DNA of 64,000 bases, from the NCBI GenBank assembly GCA_965261545.1, contig CBDHDF010000002.1, positions 320,001 to 384,000 on the forward strand. Direction: 5' to 3'. Positions 22,091-31,733 of this stretch are shown here, in pieces. Numbering within the stretch: the first letter of the stretch is position 1; every line of letters starts with the position of its first letter. The translations under genes were made by a program, and so were the position numbers. Below the pieces are notes generated by a model. It saw nothing but the letters and a program-made list of their open reading frames with translations, searched no databases and was not told the origin of the DNA. The DNA comes from Bdellovibrionales bacterium (GTDB lineage Bacteria; Bdellovibrionota; Bdellovibrionia; Bdellovibrionales; UBA1609).

Positions 22091-22363
22091 ATAGACAGAA
22101 AAAGTCATGTAGGGGGCCAGACACCTTCTTGGCTGATTGGCTCATTTAGTTTTACAATCTGATCCCTTCAAAAGATAACACCACACCTCCTTACCTCCTT
22201 AGGAATTTGCGGAGATGGTGGGGGTGGTGGGTATGGGAGCGATTCTTGCATATGTGCTTGTGAGGAGATATAAGTTTTATTGAGGCCCTAAAATGGCCGA
22301 TTTTAATCCATTCACTGTTCATTTGATCATTTGATCATTTGATCATTCGAATGAAGGCGATGA

Positions 22364-23161
22364 ATGAAGGAGGCGTCAATGCCAGATAGTGCTAAGAAAG
22401 TAGGTCCTGAAGTTGTGTGGAAGCTTATGGAGAAGGTCGCAAAATCCCAAGAAGAGACAGACCGTCATTTTAAAGAGATGTCCAAGGAGGCTGATCTCCA
22501 ACGGCAGGAGGCCGATCTCCAAAGGAAGGAGACAGACCATCACTTCAAAAAGATGTCCAAGGAGGCCGATCTCCAAAGGAAGGAGACAGACCGTCATTTT
22601 AAAGAGATGTCCAAGGAGGCCAAACTTCAAAGGGAGGAAGCCAAACTTCAAAGAAAGGAGACAGATCGTTATTTGAAAGAAATATCCAAAAAGGCAGATA
22701 TTCGCCATGCCCACTTGGAAAAAAGAACAAGAGAACTCAATGAATTGTTTACGGGTCCATGGGGAAAACTGATAGAAAGTCTTGTTAAAGGTGACTTGGT
22801 AAGGCTTCTCAATGAAAGAAATATCCAAGTGATGGGGCTTGCCCAGGAAAGTTTTCGCAGGCGGAATGGAGAAGAATACGAGGTTGATATCATTGCAGTC
22901 AATGGGCGGGAGGTTGTTGTTGTGGAAGTAAAAACCACTTTAAAGCTGAAGCACCTTGACCATTTTATAGAAAAGCTCGGCATGTTTAAAGATATTTTTC
23001 CAGAGTACAAAGACAAGATAGTTTATGGAGCCATAGCTTATTTGAAGGCTGATGAAGGGTCTCATCACAGGGCTGAAAAAGAAGGTCTTTTTGTGATCCG
23101 AGCCACGGGGAATAGTGCGACCCTTACGAATAAGAAAAAGTTTTCCCCCAAGGTGTTTTAG
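22364..23161 (+). CDS. Coiled-coil repeat + PD-(D/E)XK nuclease-like protein, copy A1 (265 aa)
   Basis: EVDIIAVNGREVVVVEVKT catalytic-type motif; N-terminal KETDxHFKxMSKEADLQR repeats; AAGGAGG RBS favours a start at 22379. Confidence 0.85.
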   Translation: MKEASMPDSAKKVGPEVVWKLMEKVAKSQEETDRHFKEMSKEADLQRQEADLQRKETDHHFKKMSKEADLQRKETDRHFKEMSKEAKLQREEAKLQRKETDRYLKEISKKADIRHAHLEKRTRELNELFTGPWGKLIESLVKGDLVRLLNERNIQVMGLAQESFRRRNGEEYEVDIIAVNGREVVVVEVKTTLKLKHLDHFIEKLGMFKDIFPEYKDKIVYGAIAYLKADEGSHHRAEKEGLFVIRATGNSATLTNKKKFSPKVF

Positions 23162-23344
23162 AGGTATTTGGGTGTTCTTAAGGCACTGTACCTATTCAAG
23201 GGGGCAGGGAGTTTACAGAGAGAGATTTATATTTTCTCTGGTAAGAAGGAGCAATTTACCTCTTGAACTCTGCGACCCCCATGAATGTTGCTCATGAGCA
23301 GCTTGCCTTTTTGGGTTCGTCGTTGTGTCGGAAAAGAGTTGTTC

Positions 23345-24319
23345 TCAGGATTTTGTGTTTTTGACTTTTTTACGCAGCTTTTCCACGTCTTTGGAAGTGA
23401 GTCTAGTACATAGACAAATCGCTTCTACCTCAAAGCCATTTTGAATCATTCGTAATGCCATCTCTTCACGACCCTCTTCGCGACCCTCTTCACGACCCTT
23501 TTCAAGACCCTTCTTAAGGCCCTTTTCCTCAGCTTCATCCAAAGAACATTGCAATGCTGACATAACTCTTTGATCCTCCTCGATACTTTCTTTTTCAATC
23601 TTACTGAGCACACTTAGCGTGAAATTTGAATCGTTTCGGTGGATATAATCCACCGCCTTTTGAATAAGGAACTTTTGATCCTTCTCACCCAAGTTTGTAC
23701 CCATCTGAAACAACTCCACAATGGTCTCATGGCGAAGCTTCCAGATACTACTCATTATAAGCAAAATCGGCCTAGAAAGCAAATTCCTGCCAACTCCATG
23801 GTAAAGGTTTATATCATGGATATTCAACAACTTACAACGAAAATTGAGGATATTCTTCCCAAATTTTTGTCTTAAAACGGGAGTGAGCCCATCCAGAGAA
23901 TCTTGAAAATTCAGGGGACCTCTCCAGTGTTTTTGTCGTCCGTGATAGACCAGTATGGGAATGACTGGGTAATTCCAACGATTGTAAACAAGAGTCTGGT
24001 ACCTCAGAATCTGCTGGAGTACTTGAGAATCCTGATGACTTTTGTGTTCGAGCAGAAAAAAAAGACGCACTCGTTTTTTGGACCCCTTGACTTGAACTGA
24101 GAATAAAAGGTCAATACGCCGCTCATTGCCCTCTTCATCTGTAAAGACAGTTATTTCTGGTTTGAGAGTTTTCCAGTTAAAGAGCTTAAACTCCTGTGTC
24201 GTCAAGACAAGACGGAAAATGTCTAGGCAATATCTCTCATTCAGGAAAGTTTCATTGAATAGAGCATTATGGGCCTGAGACTGTTGTTTTCTTTTTTCTG
24301 AGGTTTTCTTTGGCAACAA
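23345..24319 (-). CDS. Rpn family recombination-promoting nuclease (YhgA-like), copy R1 (324 aa)
   Basis: HNALF, RIDLLF, LLEHKS, VIPILVYHG..W motifs; C-terminal GREE repeats and helix-turn-helix-like tail. Confidence 0.9.
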   Translation of the reverse strand: MLPKKTSEKRKQQSQAHNALFNETFLNERYCLDIFRLVLTTQEFKLFNWKTLKPEITVFTDEEGNERRIDLLFSVQVKGSKKRVRLFFLLEHKSHQDSQVLQQILRYQTLVYNRWNYPVIPILVYHGRQKHWRGPLNFQDSLDGLTPVLRQKFGKNILNFRCKLLNIHDINLYHGVGRNLLSRPILLIMSSIWKLRHETIVELFQMGTNLGEKDQKFLIQKAVDYIHRNDSNFTLSVLSKIEKESIEEDQRVMSALQCSLDEAEEKGLKKGLEKGREEGREEGREEMALRMIQNGFEVEAICLCTRLTSKDVEKLRKKVKNTKS

Positions 24320-24622
24320 TGTCAGTCTTTCAAGTGAAGAGGGTTTAAGATGGGGTGGTTTAAGAAGATTATGGACAAGTGTATGAGTATGAGCAAGTGA
24401 GCGGAGTTATCTGTTCATAAATCATCAAGACAAGATAAAAGGGGGTGGGTTCTCCGGTCAAGTCAGATCAAGTCAGAAAGTGGATTGGGGATGGTACCTC
24501 TAGTGAAATTACATCCCATGATGACAGCGATATCACTCATACCTAGCCGATTCAGGAGACCATACCGTCATTATTTCGGGGGAGCTTGAGGCTTGGTATT
24601 TCAACAACAACATAGAAAAAGT

Positions 24623-24713
24623 GTGAGTTCTGACTGGATATAAAATTTACTTGCAAGGCACTGTCGAGGCTCATGCCCTTTTACCTATATTTTTATATCC
24701 AGTCAGAACTCAC
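24623..24713. mobile_element. 91-bp MITE with 23-bp TIRs and 8-bp TSD, fixed in every array unit
   Basis: GTGAGTTCTGACTGGATATAAAA...TTTTATATCCAGTCAGAACTCAC flanked by GAAAAAGT on both sides; also starts at 29391, 33996, 41508, 45027, 52161 and 61464. Confidence 0.85.
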
Positions 24714-25397
24714 GAAAAAGTTTCAGATTTGAATTTTTACAAGATTTATAATTCCCGTGAGGTGGATGTGATTATCAAGACCAACTCCTCTTTCGTCCAT
24801 GAGATTTTCCACCCCACTCTCAATAAAGAAGCTTATGGAGCCTTTTACAGTGAGGAGTCTGTGAATACAGCGAATTTACTGAGCCCTTTATACAGGAGAG
24901 CGCTCCGCTTGAAGAGTTATGGGAACGACAAGGACTATAAGAGCCAAAAGAACAGAAAGAAAAGACTGGAGGAGATTCTAAAAAAGGCGTCTTGTGATGA
25001 GAAAACAAAGTACCGCCATTTTCCATGTGCCTTCTTGGTCAAAAAATATAAGTCGGCCCTTAAGAATATAAATAGCTCTGTGGTCCGAAAGCGTCTGCAG
25101 TCTTATTCCATTTTGAGAGATGAGGGACTGATTCCCAAGGATATCAGCTTTATTCAAAAGGCCATGGAAAATTTGCCCCCCATTGAGAAGAAGAAAGCGG
25201 TTTTGCCCGTGGCCAATATGGTTGTCATGGAGCTTGTCAAAGAGGGGGAGTTTGACCTTGCCAAGACTTGGATCCACAAGCTTGAATCTGAGGGTTTTCT
25301 CACGCCCGATGAGTCCCAAGGAATCATCAAAGGACTGGAGCAGAATATCCAAAAGATTCAAGAGGTTCGGGAGATGATGGCTGCTTCGCCCGTATGA
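24651..25397 (+). pseudogene. 3' fragment of the spermidine-synthase-like gene (S1); apparent N-terminus is MITE-derived
   Basis: From VSDLNFYK onward near-identical to ~14205-14878; ends ASPV* instead of ASR*. Confidence 0.85.
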
Positions 25398-25752
25398 TAA
25401 CCCTTCTTGGGGTGTAATTCATGGGGGCGCCTTGCTCCCCACCCACGCCCATGAATGTTACCTTGGGGCATTGGGGACTTCGGGGGTGGCCCATTCAATC
25501 GAAATAGACAGAGAAAGTCATGTAGGGGGCCATACACCTTCTTGGCTGATTGGCTCATTCAGTTTTACAATCTGATCCCTTCAAAAGATAACACCACACC
25601 TCCTTAGGAATTTGTGGAGATGGTGGGGGTGGTGGGTATGGGAGCGATTCTTGCATATGTGCTTGTGAGGAGATATAAGTTTTATTGAGGCCCTAAAATG
25701 GCCGATTTTAATCCATTCACTGTTCATTTGATCATTCGAATGAAGGCGATGA

Positions 25753-26496
25753 ATGAAGGAGGCGTCAATGCCAGATAGTGCTAAGAAAGTAGGTCCTGAA
25801 GTTGTGTGGAAGCTTATGGAGAAGGTCGCAAAATCCCAAGAAGAGACAGACCGTCATTTTAAAGAGATGTCCAAGGAGGCTGATCTCCAAAGGAAGGAGG
25901 CCGATCTCCAAAGGAAGGAGACAGACCGTCATTTTAAAGAGATGTCCAAGGAGGCCGAACTTCAAAGGGAGGAAGCCAAACTTCAAAGAAAGGAGACAGA
26001 TCGTTATTTGAAAGAAATATCCAAAAAGGCAGATATTCGCCATGCCCACTTGGAAAAAAGAACAAGAGAACTCAATGAATTGTTTACGGGGCAATGGGGA
26101 AAACTGATAGAAAGTCTTGTTAAAGGTGACTTGGTAAGGCTTCTCAATGAAAGAAATATCCAAGTCATAGGGCTTGCTCAGGAAAGTTTTCGCAGGCGGA
26201 ATGGAGAAGAATACGAGGTTGATATCATTGCAGTCAATGGGCGGGAGGTTGTTGTTGTGGAAGTAAAAACCACTTTAAAGCTGAAGCACCTTGACCATTT
26301 TATAGACAAGCTTGGCATGTTTAAAGATATTTTTCCAGAGTACAAAGACAAGATAGTTTATGGAGCCATAGCTTATTTGAAGGCTGATGAAGGGTCTCAT
26401 CACAGGGCTGAAAAAGAAGGTCTTTTTGTGATCCGAGCCACGGGGAATAGTGCGACCCTTACGAATAAGAAAAAGTTTTCCCCCAAGGTGTTTTAG
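25753..26496 (+). CDS. Coiled-coil + PD-(D/E)XK nuclease-like protein, copy A2 (247 aa)
   Basis: Paralog of A1 with fewer repeats. Confidence 0.85.
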   Translation: MKEASMPDSAKKVGPEVVWKLMEKVAKSQEETDRHFKEMSKEADLQRKEADLQRKETDRHFKEMSKEAELQREEAKLQRKETDRYLKEISKKADIRHAHLEKRTRELNELFTGQWGKLIESLVKGDLVRLLNERNIQVIGLAQESFRRRNGEEYEVDIIAVNGREVVVVEVKTTLKLKHLDHFIDKLGMFKDIFPEYKDKIVYGAIAYLKADEGSHHRAEKEGLFVIRATGNSATLTNKKKFSPKVF

Positions 26497-26538
26497 AGGT
26501 ATTTGGGTGTTCTTAAGGCACTGTACCTATTCAAGGGG

Positions 26539-27949
26539 CAATGCCGTTTCCTTAAGAAAAATCTCTTGAAATTATTAGATAAATCGACAAGAATAAGACT
26601 TGTTTTATTTTACACCCAACCCTCAACCAAGGAGTAAGTCACATGCAATCCAATATTGATCTCGAAAGCCCCCAAATGACGAGTTCGCGTCACAGATGAC
26701 CATTTTATTCTACCAAAACTTGATTCTTCCTTCAAGCCAGAGCACCTTGTCGATCCAGAAAAACAAAAAAGGAATCGAAAATTTAATCCTCAAATTTTCT
26801 TTTTTACCATTATCTATCTTATTTCCGGAACAAATTACGAAGGCTACCAAATCGCTCTTAAGACGGTATGGACTCATTTTGGTGACCTGCTTCTCATGCC
26901 AGTCAAAAGCAGTCTCAGCAAGATACGTCAAAGTATTTCTTACCTATTTTTTAAAAATATCTTTGAATCTCTGATTACAGACTACGAACCATTGAGAAAA
27001 ATGTTTCATGGTTTTTATATCTATGCCATAGATGGCGACCAATTAGCACTTCCTCGCTCTAAAGATCTTTTAAAGGAGGGTTATTGTGGGTACCCTTGCC
27101 CAAATGAGATGGAAACTCATTTCTTACGTATGTATCTATCTCATGCTTATGACGTTTTATCGGGTGTGACAAAGAATCTTTGCTTTTCTCCCGCTCTCAA
27201 CGAAATCGCCAATGCTATTCAAATGATAGGTAGTTTTGAGAGTAATAGCATAACTCTCTACGATAGGCTTTATTTATCTACAGAGATTATTAAGGCCCAT
27301 GCTCAAGCCAGTAACTTCTTTATTGCGCGTTGTAAGCGAGGCTCTACTTTTATCCCCATCGTAAATTTATTTAATGGCCCAGGTTGGTATTCACAAATGG
27401 TTATTGAGGGGGTGGTCATTCATCTCTATAAGTATAAAAACCCAAAGACTGGGGAGTTCTCTGTTTTGGCCACTAATCTTCCGCATGGCTCCTTGGACAA
27501 GAAGGATATGGTTGCTCTTTACTCTCGTCGTTGGGAAATAGAAACGACATTTCGTGATTTTACATCGACAATGAAAATGGAGCAGTGGCACTCAACAAGC
27601 CTTAATGGAATATTGCAAGAGCTGTATTCTTATTTTTGGCTCTTCAATTATACAAAGATTCAAATGAGCATAAATGAGGATGAAGACAGTGTGAATCAGT
27701 TGGTGAAAAATGACTACAAAAAACCTAACTTTAAACTGATTCTTGATTTCATAATGGATAGCATCCCCCTTTTTGTTGCGGGGCTCTATCAGAAATTTAG
27801 GAAGCAGATAAAGTTGCTGATGAAGATTTCAATGGAGAAGAGGAGGCACTTCAAAAGAAGCTATGAAAGGTCTATCAAAAGGGCTGGGAGTTCTTTTAAA
27901 AGAAATAGCTTAACGCAGAGGGGTGTGGTGGCTTAAGGAAACGGCATTG
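26539..27949 (+). mobile_element. IS4-family insertion sequence, copy 1 (1411 bp)
   Basis: Perfect 18-bp TIR CAATGCCGTTTCCTTAAG; 10-bp TSD ATTCAAGGGG. Confidence 0.95.
26896..27936 (+). CDS. IS4-family DDE transposase
   Basis: AIDG, YDRLY and Y-2-R-3-E motif (YSRRWEIETTFRDF); the frame is open upstream to 26680. Confidence 0.9.
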   Translation: MPVKSSLSKIRQSISYLFFKNIFESLITDYEPLRKMFHGFYIYAIDGDQLALPRSKDLLKEGYCGYPCPNEMETHFLRMYLSHAYDVLSGVTKNLCFSPALNEIANAIQMIGSFESNSITLYDRLYLSTEIIKAHAQASNFFIARCKRGSTFIPIVNLFNGPGWYSQMVIEGVVIHLYKYKNPKTGEFSVLATNLPHGSLDKKDMVALYSRRWEIETTFRDFTSTMKMEQWHSTSLNGILQELYSYFWLFNYTKIQMSINEDEDSVNQLVKNDYKKPNFKLILDFIMDSIPLFVAGLYQKFRKQIKLLMKISMEKRRHFKRSYERSIKRAGSSFKRNSLTQRGVVA

Positions 27950-28100
27950 ATTCAAGGGGGCCGGGAGTTTACAGAGAGAGATTTATATTTTCTCTGGTAA
28001 GAAGGAGCAATTTACCTCTTGAACTCTGCGACCCCCTTGAATGTTGCTCATGAGCAGCTTGCCTTTTTGGGTTCGTCGTTGTGTCGGAAAAGAGTTGTTC

Positions 28101-29087
28101 TCAGGATTTTGTGTTTTTGACTTTTTTACGCAGCTTTTCCACGTCTTTGGAAGTGAGTCTAGTACATAGACAAATCGCTTCTACCTCAAAGCCATTTTGA
28201 ATCATTCGTAATGCCATCTCTTCACGACCCTCTTCACGACCCTCTTCACGACCCTTTTCACGACCCTCTTCACGACCCTTCTTAAGGCCCTTTTCCTCAG
28301 CTTCATCCAAAGAACATTGCAATGCTGACATAACTCTTTGATCCTCCTCGATACTTTCTTTTTCAATCTTACTGAGCACACTTAGCGTGAAATTTGAATC
28401 GTTTCGGTGGATATAATCCACCGCCTTTTGAATAAGGAACTTTTGATCCTTCTCACCCAAGTTTGTACCCATCTGAAACAACTCCACAATGGTCTCATGG
28501 CGAAGCTTCCAGATACTACTCATTATAAGAAAAATCGGCCTAGAAAGCAAATTCCTGCCAACTCCATGGTAAAGGTTTATATCATGGATATTCAACAACT
28601 TACAACGAAAATTGAGGATATTCTTCCCAAATTTTTGTCTTAAAACGGGAGTGAGCCCATCCAGAGAATCTTGAAAATTCAGGGGACCTCTCCAGTGTTT
28701 TTGTCGTCCGTGATAGACCAGTATGGGAATGACTGGGTAATTCCAACGATTGTAAACAAGAGTCTGGTACCTCAGAATCTGCTGGAGTACTTGAGAATCC
28801 TGATGACTTTTGTGTTCGAGCAGAAAAAAAAGACGCACTCGTTTTTTGGACCCCTTGACTTGAACTGAGAATAAAAGGTCAATACGCCGCTCATTGCCCT
28901 CTTCATCTGTAAAGACAGTTATTTCTGGTTTGAGAGTTTTCCAGTTAAAGAGCTTAAACTCCTGTGTCGTCAAGACAAGACGGAAAATGTCTAGGCAATA
29001 TCTCTCATTCAGGAAAGTTTCATTGAATAGAGCATTATGGGCCTGAGACTGTTGTTTTCTTTTTTCTGAGGTTTTCTTTGGCAACAA
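28101..29087 (-). CDS. Rpn family nuclease, copy R2 (328 aa)
   Basis: Near-identical to R1, with one more 4-aa repeat. Confidence 0.9.
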   Translation of the reverse strand: MLPKKTSEKRKQQSQAHNALFNETFLNERYCLDIFRLVLTTQEFKLFNWKTLKPEITVFTDEEGNERRIDLLFSVQVKGSKKRVRLFFLLEHKSHQDSQVLQQILRYQTLVYNRWNYPVIPILVYHGRQKHWRGPLNFQDSLDGLTPVLRQKFGKNILNFRCKLLNIHDINLYHGVGRNLLSRPIFLIMSSIWKLRHETIVELFQMGTNLGEKDQKFLIQKAVDYIHRNDSNFTLSVLSKIEKESIEEDQRVMSALQCSLDEAEEKGLKKGREEGREKGREEGREEGREEMALRMIQNGFEVEAICLCTRLTSKDVEKLRKKVKNTKS

Positions 29088-29418
29088 TGTCAGTCTTTCA
29101 AGTGAAGAGGGTTTAAGATGGGGTGGTTTAAGAAGATTATGGACAAGTGTATGAGTATGAGCAAGTGAGCGGAGTTATCTGTTCATAAATCATCAAGACA
29201 AGATAAATGGGGGTGGGTTCTCCGGTCAAGTCAGATCAAGTCAGAAAGTGGATTGGGGATGGTACCTCTAGTGAAATTACATCCCATGATGACAGCGATA
29301 TCACTCATACCTAGCCGATTCAGGAGACCATACCGTCATTATTTGGGGGGAGCTTGAGGCTTGGTATTTCAACAACAACATAGAAAAAGTGTGAGTTCTG
29401 ACTGGATATAAAATTTAC

Positions 29419-30164
29419 TTGCAAGGCACTGTCGAGGCTCATGCCCTTTTACCTATATTTTTATATTCAGTCAGAATTCACGAAAAAGTTTCAGATTTGA
29501 ATTTTTACAAGATTTATAATTCCCGTGAGGTGGATGTGATTATCAAGATCAACTCCTCTTTCGTCCATGAGATTTTCCACCCCACTCTCAATAAAGAAGC
29601 TTATGGAGCCTTTTACAGTGAGGAGTCTGTGAATACAGCGATTTACTGAGCCCTTTATACAGGAGAGCGCTCCGCTTGAAGAGTTATGGGAACGACAAGG
29701 ACTATAAGAGCCAAAAGAACAGAAAGAAAAGACTGGAGGAGATTCTAAAAAAGGCGTCTTGTGATGAGAAAACAAAGTACCGCCATTTTCCATGTGCCTT
29801 CTTGGTCAAAAAATATAAGTCGGCCCTTAAGAATATAAATAGCTCTGTGGTCCGAAAGCGTCTGCAGTCTTATTCCATTTTGAGAGATGAGGGACTGATT
29901 CCCAAGGATATCAGCTTTATTCAAAAGGCCATGGAAAATTTGCCCCCCATTGAGAAGAAGAAAGCGGTTTTGCCCGTGGCCAATATGGTTGTCATGGAGC
30001 TTGTCAAAGAGGGGGAGTTTGACCTTGCCAAGACTTGGATCCACAAGCTTGAATCTGAGGGTTTTCTCACGCCCGATGAGTCCCAAGGAATCATCAAAGG
30101 ACTGGAGCAGAATATCCAAAAGATTCAAGAGGTTCGGGAGATGATGGCTGCTTCGCCCGTATGA
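29419..30164 (+). pseudogene. Spermidine-synthase-like 3' fragment S2 (frameshifted)
   Basis: 1-bp deletion (gcgattt versus gcgaattt), shared with S5 and S7. Confidence 0.85.
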
Positions 30165-30533
30165 TAACCCTTCTTGGGGTGTAATTCATGGGGGCGCCTT
30201 GCTCCTTGCTCCCCACCCACGCCCATGAATGTTACCTTGGGGCATTGGGGACTTCGGGGGTGGCCCATTCAATCGAAATAGACAGAGAAAGTCATGTAGG
30301 GGGCCATACACCTTCTTGGCTGATTGGCTCATTCAGTTTTACAATCTGATCCCTTCAAAAGATACACACACCTCCTTAGGAATTTGCGGAGATGGTGGGA
30401 GTGGTGGGTATGGGAGCGATTCTTGCATATGTGCTTGTGAGGAGATATAAGTTTTATTGAGGCCCTAAAATGGCCGATTTTAATCCATTCACCCGTTCAT
30501 TTGATCATTTGATCATTCGAATGAAGGCGATGA

Positions 30534-31385
30534 ATGAAGGAGGCGTCAATGTCAGATAGTGCTAAGAAAGTAGGTCCTGAAGTTGTGTGGAAGCTTATGG
30601 AGAAGGTCGCAAAATCCCAAGAAGAGACAGACCGTCATTTTAAAGAGATGTCCAAGGAGGCTGATCTCCAAAGGAAGGAGACAGACCATCACTTCAAAAA
30701 GATGTCCAAGGAGGCCGATCTCCAAAGGAAGGAGACAGACCATCACTTCAAAAAGATGTCCAAGGAGGCCGATCTCCAAAGGAAGGAGACAGACCGTCAT
30801 TTTAAAGAGATGTCCAAGGAGGCCGAACTTCAAAGGGAGGAAGCCAAACTTCAAAGGGAGAAGGCCGACCTTGAAAGGAAGGAGACAGATCGTTATTTGA
30901 AAGAAATATCCAAAAAGGCAGATATTCGCCATGCCCACTTGGAAAAAAGAACAAGAGAACTCAACGAATTGTTTACGGGACAATGGGGAAAACTGATAGA
31001 AAGCCTTGTTAAAGGTGACTTGGTAAGACTTCTCAATGAAAGAAATATCCAAGTGATGGGGCTTGCCCAGGAAAATTTTCGTAGGCGGAATGGAGAAGAA
31101 TACGAGGTTGATATCATTGCAGTCAATGGGCGGGAGGTTGTTGTTGTGGAAGTAAAAACCACTTTAAAAAATCATCACCTTGACCATTTTATAGAAAAGC
31201 TCGGCATGTTTAAAGATATTTTTCCAGAGTACAAAGACAAGATAATTTACGGTGCCATAGCTTATTTGAAGGCCAATGAAGGGGCTCATAACAAGGCTGA
31301 AAAAAAAGGTCTTTTTGTAATCCGAGCTACCGGCAATAGTGCCACCATCACCAATCAAAAAGAATTTTCTCCGAAGGTGTTCTAG
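30534..31385 (+). CDS. Coiled-coil + PD-(D/E)XK nuclease-like protein, copy A3 (283 aa, variant C-terminus)
   Basis: C-terminal allele ANEGAHNKAEKKG...ITNQKEF. Confidence 0.85.
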   Translation: MKEASMSDSAKKVGPEVVWKLMEKVAKSQEETDRHFKEMSKEADLQRKETDHHFKKMSKEADLQRKETDHHFKKMSKEADLQRKETDRHFKEMSKEAELQREEAKLQREKADLERKETDRYLKEISKKADIRHAHLEKRTRELNELFTGQWGKLIESLVKGDLVRLLNERNIQVMGLAQENFRRRNGEEYEVDIIAVNGREVVVVEVKTTLKNHHLDHFIEKLGMFKDIFPEYKDKIIYGAIAYLKANEGAHNKAEKKGLFVIRATGNSATITNQKEFSPKVF

Positions 31386-31410
31386 GCAAAAAGGACTTTG
31401 ATACCTCGTT

Positions 31411-31580
31411 AAAGAAGCTTATGGAGCCTTTTACAGTGACGAGTCTGTAGATACAGCGAGTCTACTGAGCCCTTTGTACAGGAGAGTGCTCAACTTGAAG
31501 AGTTATGGGAACGACAAAGACTATAAAAGCCAAAAAAAAAGAAAGAAGAGGCTGGAGGAGATTCTTAAAAAGCGTCTTGT
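31411..31580 (+). pseudogene. Short (~170 bp) spermidine-synthase-like fragment
   Basis: Matches ~14310-14486; repeated at 54119-54288. Confidence 0.75.
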
Positions 31581-31733
31581 ATTGGCTTTTTTGTAAACCT
31601 TGGTGTTTTTGAATGCTTTGTGGGCATAGAAGATGAGGTTAAAATGAAGATAATGGACTTATTTTTGCATGTGCCTTTGTTGTGTGATATTTGTGAAATG
31701 AAACCAATGGGTGAAGTCAAGTGAAGCCAATGA

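Noticed and set aside
22450..22680. Short direct repeats resembling a CRISPR array
   Set aside because: They are contiguous in-frame coding repeats with no unique spacers, and no cas genes are visible.
22376..24100. Recurrent antisense or alternate-frame ORFs (MDISFIEK..., MCGSLWRR..., MDIIHRLL..., MKIQGTS...)
   Set aside because: They recur only because the DNA is duplicated, have no recognisable motifs, and lie wholly within real genes.
24651..25397. Fragment ORF as a functional third gene of the unit
   Set aside because: Its start lies inside a MITE, it lacks the catalytic domain, and six of seven copies are frameshifted or interrupted.
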